From an uncultured archaeon (lineage in GTDB: Archaea; Thermoproteota; Nitrososphaeria; Nitrososphaerales; Gagatemarchaeaceae), in NCBI GenBank assembly GCA_963799775.1, contig CAWCYD010000003.1, forward strand, positions 160,001 to 224,000: a DNA stretch of 64,000 nt. The letters are read 5' to 3'. Position numbers and translations under genes: made by a program. Shown one piece after another: positions 62,439 through 64,000 of this stretch; position 1 is the first letter of the stretch, and each line of letters opens with the position of its first letter. The notes beneath the pieces were generated by a model. It was not told where the DNA came from, did no database searches, and worked only from the letters and a program-made list of their open reading frames with translations.

Positions 62439-63260
62439 TCAGAGCTTCCTCGTGTAGAGCCCTACTATCCTCTCGGCGGTCGCTTTTTGGATGGCGGGGA
62501 CGCCTGGCGCGCGGATGAGTATCGCCGCGACCTTCTTCGGGTCGGACCCGTTGTCGACGATGTCGAAGGCTGTCTTCTCGTCGACGACTATCATGCCTCC
62601 CTGCCCTGCCATCCCCGCGAACGTCGCGACGATTTTCTCGTCGTAGGGCTGGAGCTTCATCCTCAGCGTGGGGGAGGTCTTGACGGTCCTGAACTCTATC
62701 ACCGAGCGGTCGTCCGAGGAAACTTCGATTTCCTCAAGAGGGCTCACCATAGAGACGATCTTGGTCCTGACGCCCCTTGCCGCAGCTGCCTTGAGGGCAG
62801 TCTTGACAGCCAGCGGGTATTTTGGAGGGTATCCGCCTATCCCGAAGACCTCTGACTTGGCCTCGTAGATCAGCTCGGCGAGGCGCCTCTTCACGCCCGT
62901 CTCGCCCCTGACCACCCACGCGGAGCTGGAAAAGCTGTCCTCCGCGGTCTCTCCCGCCTCCTCCTGCTTCCTCTGGAGAACGCCGAGGGCTTCCTTGGCC
63001 TCGCTGCCGTAGCCTTCGAGGAGGTGGTCGATGATCGTCTTCGCTCCTATGGCCCTGTAGAGGACGGGCCTCCCGTTTTGGACCTCGACCATCCCCCTGC
63101 TGGCCAGCTTCTCGAGAGACTCGTATGCCTTGTTCCTCGGGATCTCGGCATACCTGTGGACGTCTGAGGCGCCCGACGGGCCGAGGGCGATGAGAGCCTC
63201 TAGAGCCTTCGCCTCGTTCTTGTTGAGTCCTAGCCTCACGAGGTGGTCAGCGGAGCTCAT
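62439..63260 (-). CDS. TrmB-family transcriptional regulator
   Basis: LGLNKNEAKA, IPRNKAYESLEKL..RGMVEV..GRP..YRA. Confidence 0.9.
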   Translation of the reverse strand: MSSADHLVRLGLNKNEAKALEALIALGPSGASDVHRYAEIPRNKAYESLEKLASRGMVEVQNGRPVLYRAIGAKTIIDHLLEGYGSEAKEALGVLQRKQEEAGETAEDSFSSSAWVVRGETGVKRRLAELIYEAKSEVFGIGGYPPKYPLAVKTALKAAAARGVRTKIVSMVSPLEEIEVSSDDRSVIEFRTVKTSPTLRMKLQPYDEKIVATFAGMAGQGGMIVVDEKTAFDIVDNGSDPKKVAAILIRAPGVPAIQKATAERIVGLYTRKL

Positions 63261-63265
63261 TCTGA

Positions 63266-63284
63266 TGTTACCCTGATGGTAACA
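63266..63284. promoter_or_regulatory. Candidate TrmB-family autoregulatory operator TGTTACC-N5-GGTAACA
   Basis: Perfect 7-bp palindrome 5 nt upstream of the TrmB start. Confidence 0.55.
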
Positions 63285-63319
63285 CCATCCCTAATAGGTT
63301 TCTCCGCGGCGATAGAGCC

Positions 63320-63688
63320 ATGTCGAGAATGTATGGGTCGGGTGCCCGCCCGCCGCGGCGATGGACGTGGCTCCCCTTGATAATCGCCGCGGGCCTGGTG
63401 GCCGTCTTTGCTTTGGGCGCCATCGCCTTCGGGGCAGGGCCCGCTTCGTCAGTCCAGGGTCCCTGGTATGGCTGGTGGTTCCCCGGCTGGTTCGTGTTCG
63501 TGCCTGTCTTCTTCCTACTCTTCTTCGGCCTAAGATGGCTTGTATGGGGAGGATGGGGGTGGGGCTGGTACCAGGGTGGCTACCGCGACCAGGCGCTGGA
63601 GACTCTGAGGGAAAGGTTCGCCCGCGGCGAGCTCGCGAAGGAGCAGTTCGAACAGATGCGCCGCGACCTCGAGGCCGCCAGGGCGTGA
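63320..63688 (+). CDS. SHOCT-domain membrane protein
   Basis: ALETLRERFARGELAKEQFEQMR. Confidence 0.85.
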   Translation: MSRMYGSGARPPRRWTWLPLIIAAGLVAVFALGAIAFGAGPASSVQGPWYGWWFPGWFVFVPVFFLLFFGLRWLVWGGWGWGWYQGGYRDQALETLRERFARGELAKEQFEQMRRDLEAARA

Positions 63689-63752
63689 AAAACATGCTCG
63701 ATGCGTGTCATGGAGAGGGAAACACCGGGAATATCCAACTCCGGGTGAACGG

Positions 63753-64000
63753 GTGAAGAGGCGAACAAAAGAGTTGGTCAAGATTTCAAGGAGCAAGGAG
63801 ATGCGGACGAGCGTGGACAAGGCGTGGGGCCTCATCTCGGACGTGGACAACGATTCCAAGTATTGGTCCCAGATTAGGGACATCAAGGTCACATCCGCGG
63901 AGGGAAACATCGTAGAGCGCGACGCCACCGTCGGACCGAAGACCTTCAGCCATAAGAGCCACCAGGTCCTGGTCTTCGATCCCAAGAAGACGATCAAGCT
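63753..64000 (+). CDS. SRPBCC/START-family protein (truncated by window edge)
   Basis: SVDKAWGLISDVDNDSKYW; frame open to the window end. Confidence 0.7.
   Translation, partial: MKRRTKELVKISRSKEMRTSVDKAWGLISDVDNDSKYWSQIRDIKVTSAEGNIVERDATVGPKTFSHKSHQVLVFDPKKTIK

Overview
Archaeal, GC-rich chromosome window, most consistent with Nitrososphaerota/Thaumarchaeota, probably a non-ammonia-oxidising lineage. This is inferred from top6AB-dim2-rio1, aIF2-beta, Rpo12, a divergent FtsZ-like gene, gcvPA/PB and BHB-intron tRNAs. Many genes, including essential ones (dnaK, metG), carry single-base indels, so the sequence looks like an imperfectly polished long-read assembly. (1) 1097-18761 is a ~17.7 kb integrated element bounded by a 25-bp direct repeat equal to the 3' end of tRNA-Asn(GTT), a tRNA with two non-canonical introns. 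It encodes a tyrosine integrase, a wHTH regulator, an operon of Zn-finger microproteins leading to an MCM-like ATPase, a Type III R-M-like pair, Doc/Fic, PaREP1, a dual-specificity phosphatase and a ~600-bp non-coding hexamer array. No virion or conjugation genes are recognisable. (2) 19036-26209 is an unusual metabolic cluster and the best candidate for an undescribed system: two signal-less NMT1/Thi5-like binding-protein-fold genes, a TrpB2 lacking the canonical indole-activating Glu, a tryptophan 2,3-dioxygenase homologue with a loop insertion and an MBL-fold hydrolase, facing a third orphan binding protein and an aminotransferase. (3) 26-48 kb is housekeeping, including a ribophorin-I-like membrane protein. 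(4) 49-56 kb holds a free-standing LAGLIDADG gene, a polyphosphate cluster (sixA, ppx, two TMK-like genes, CHAD) and tRNA-Gln(TTG) with a 10/11 intron. (5) 56.7-64 kb holds a glycoside hydrolase, membrane proteins, a cupredoxin and a TrmB regulator with a candidate operator.
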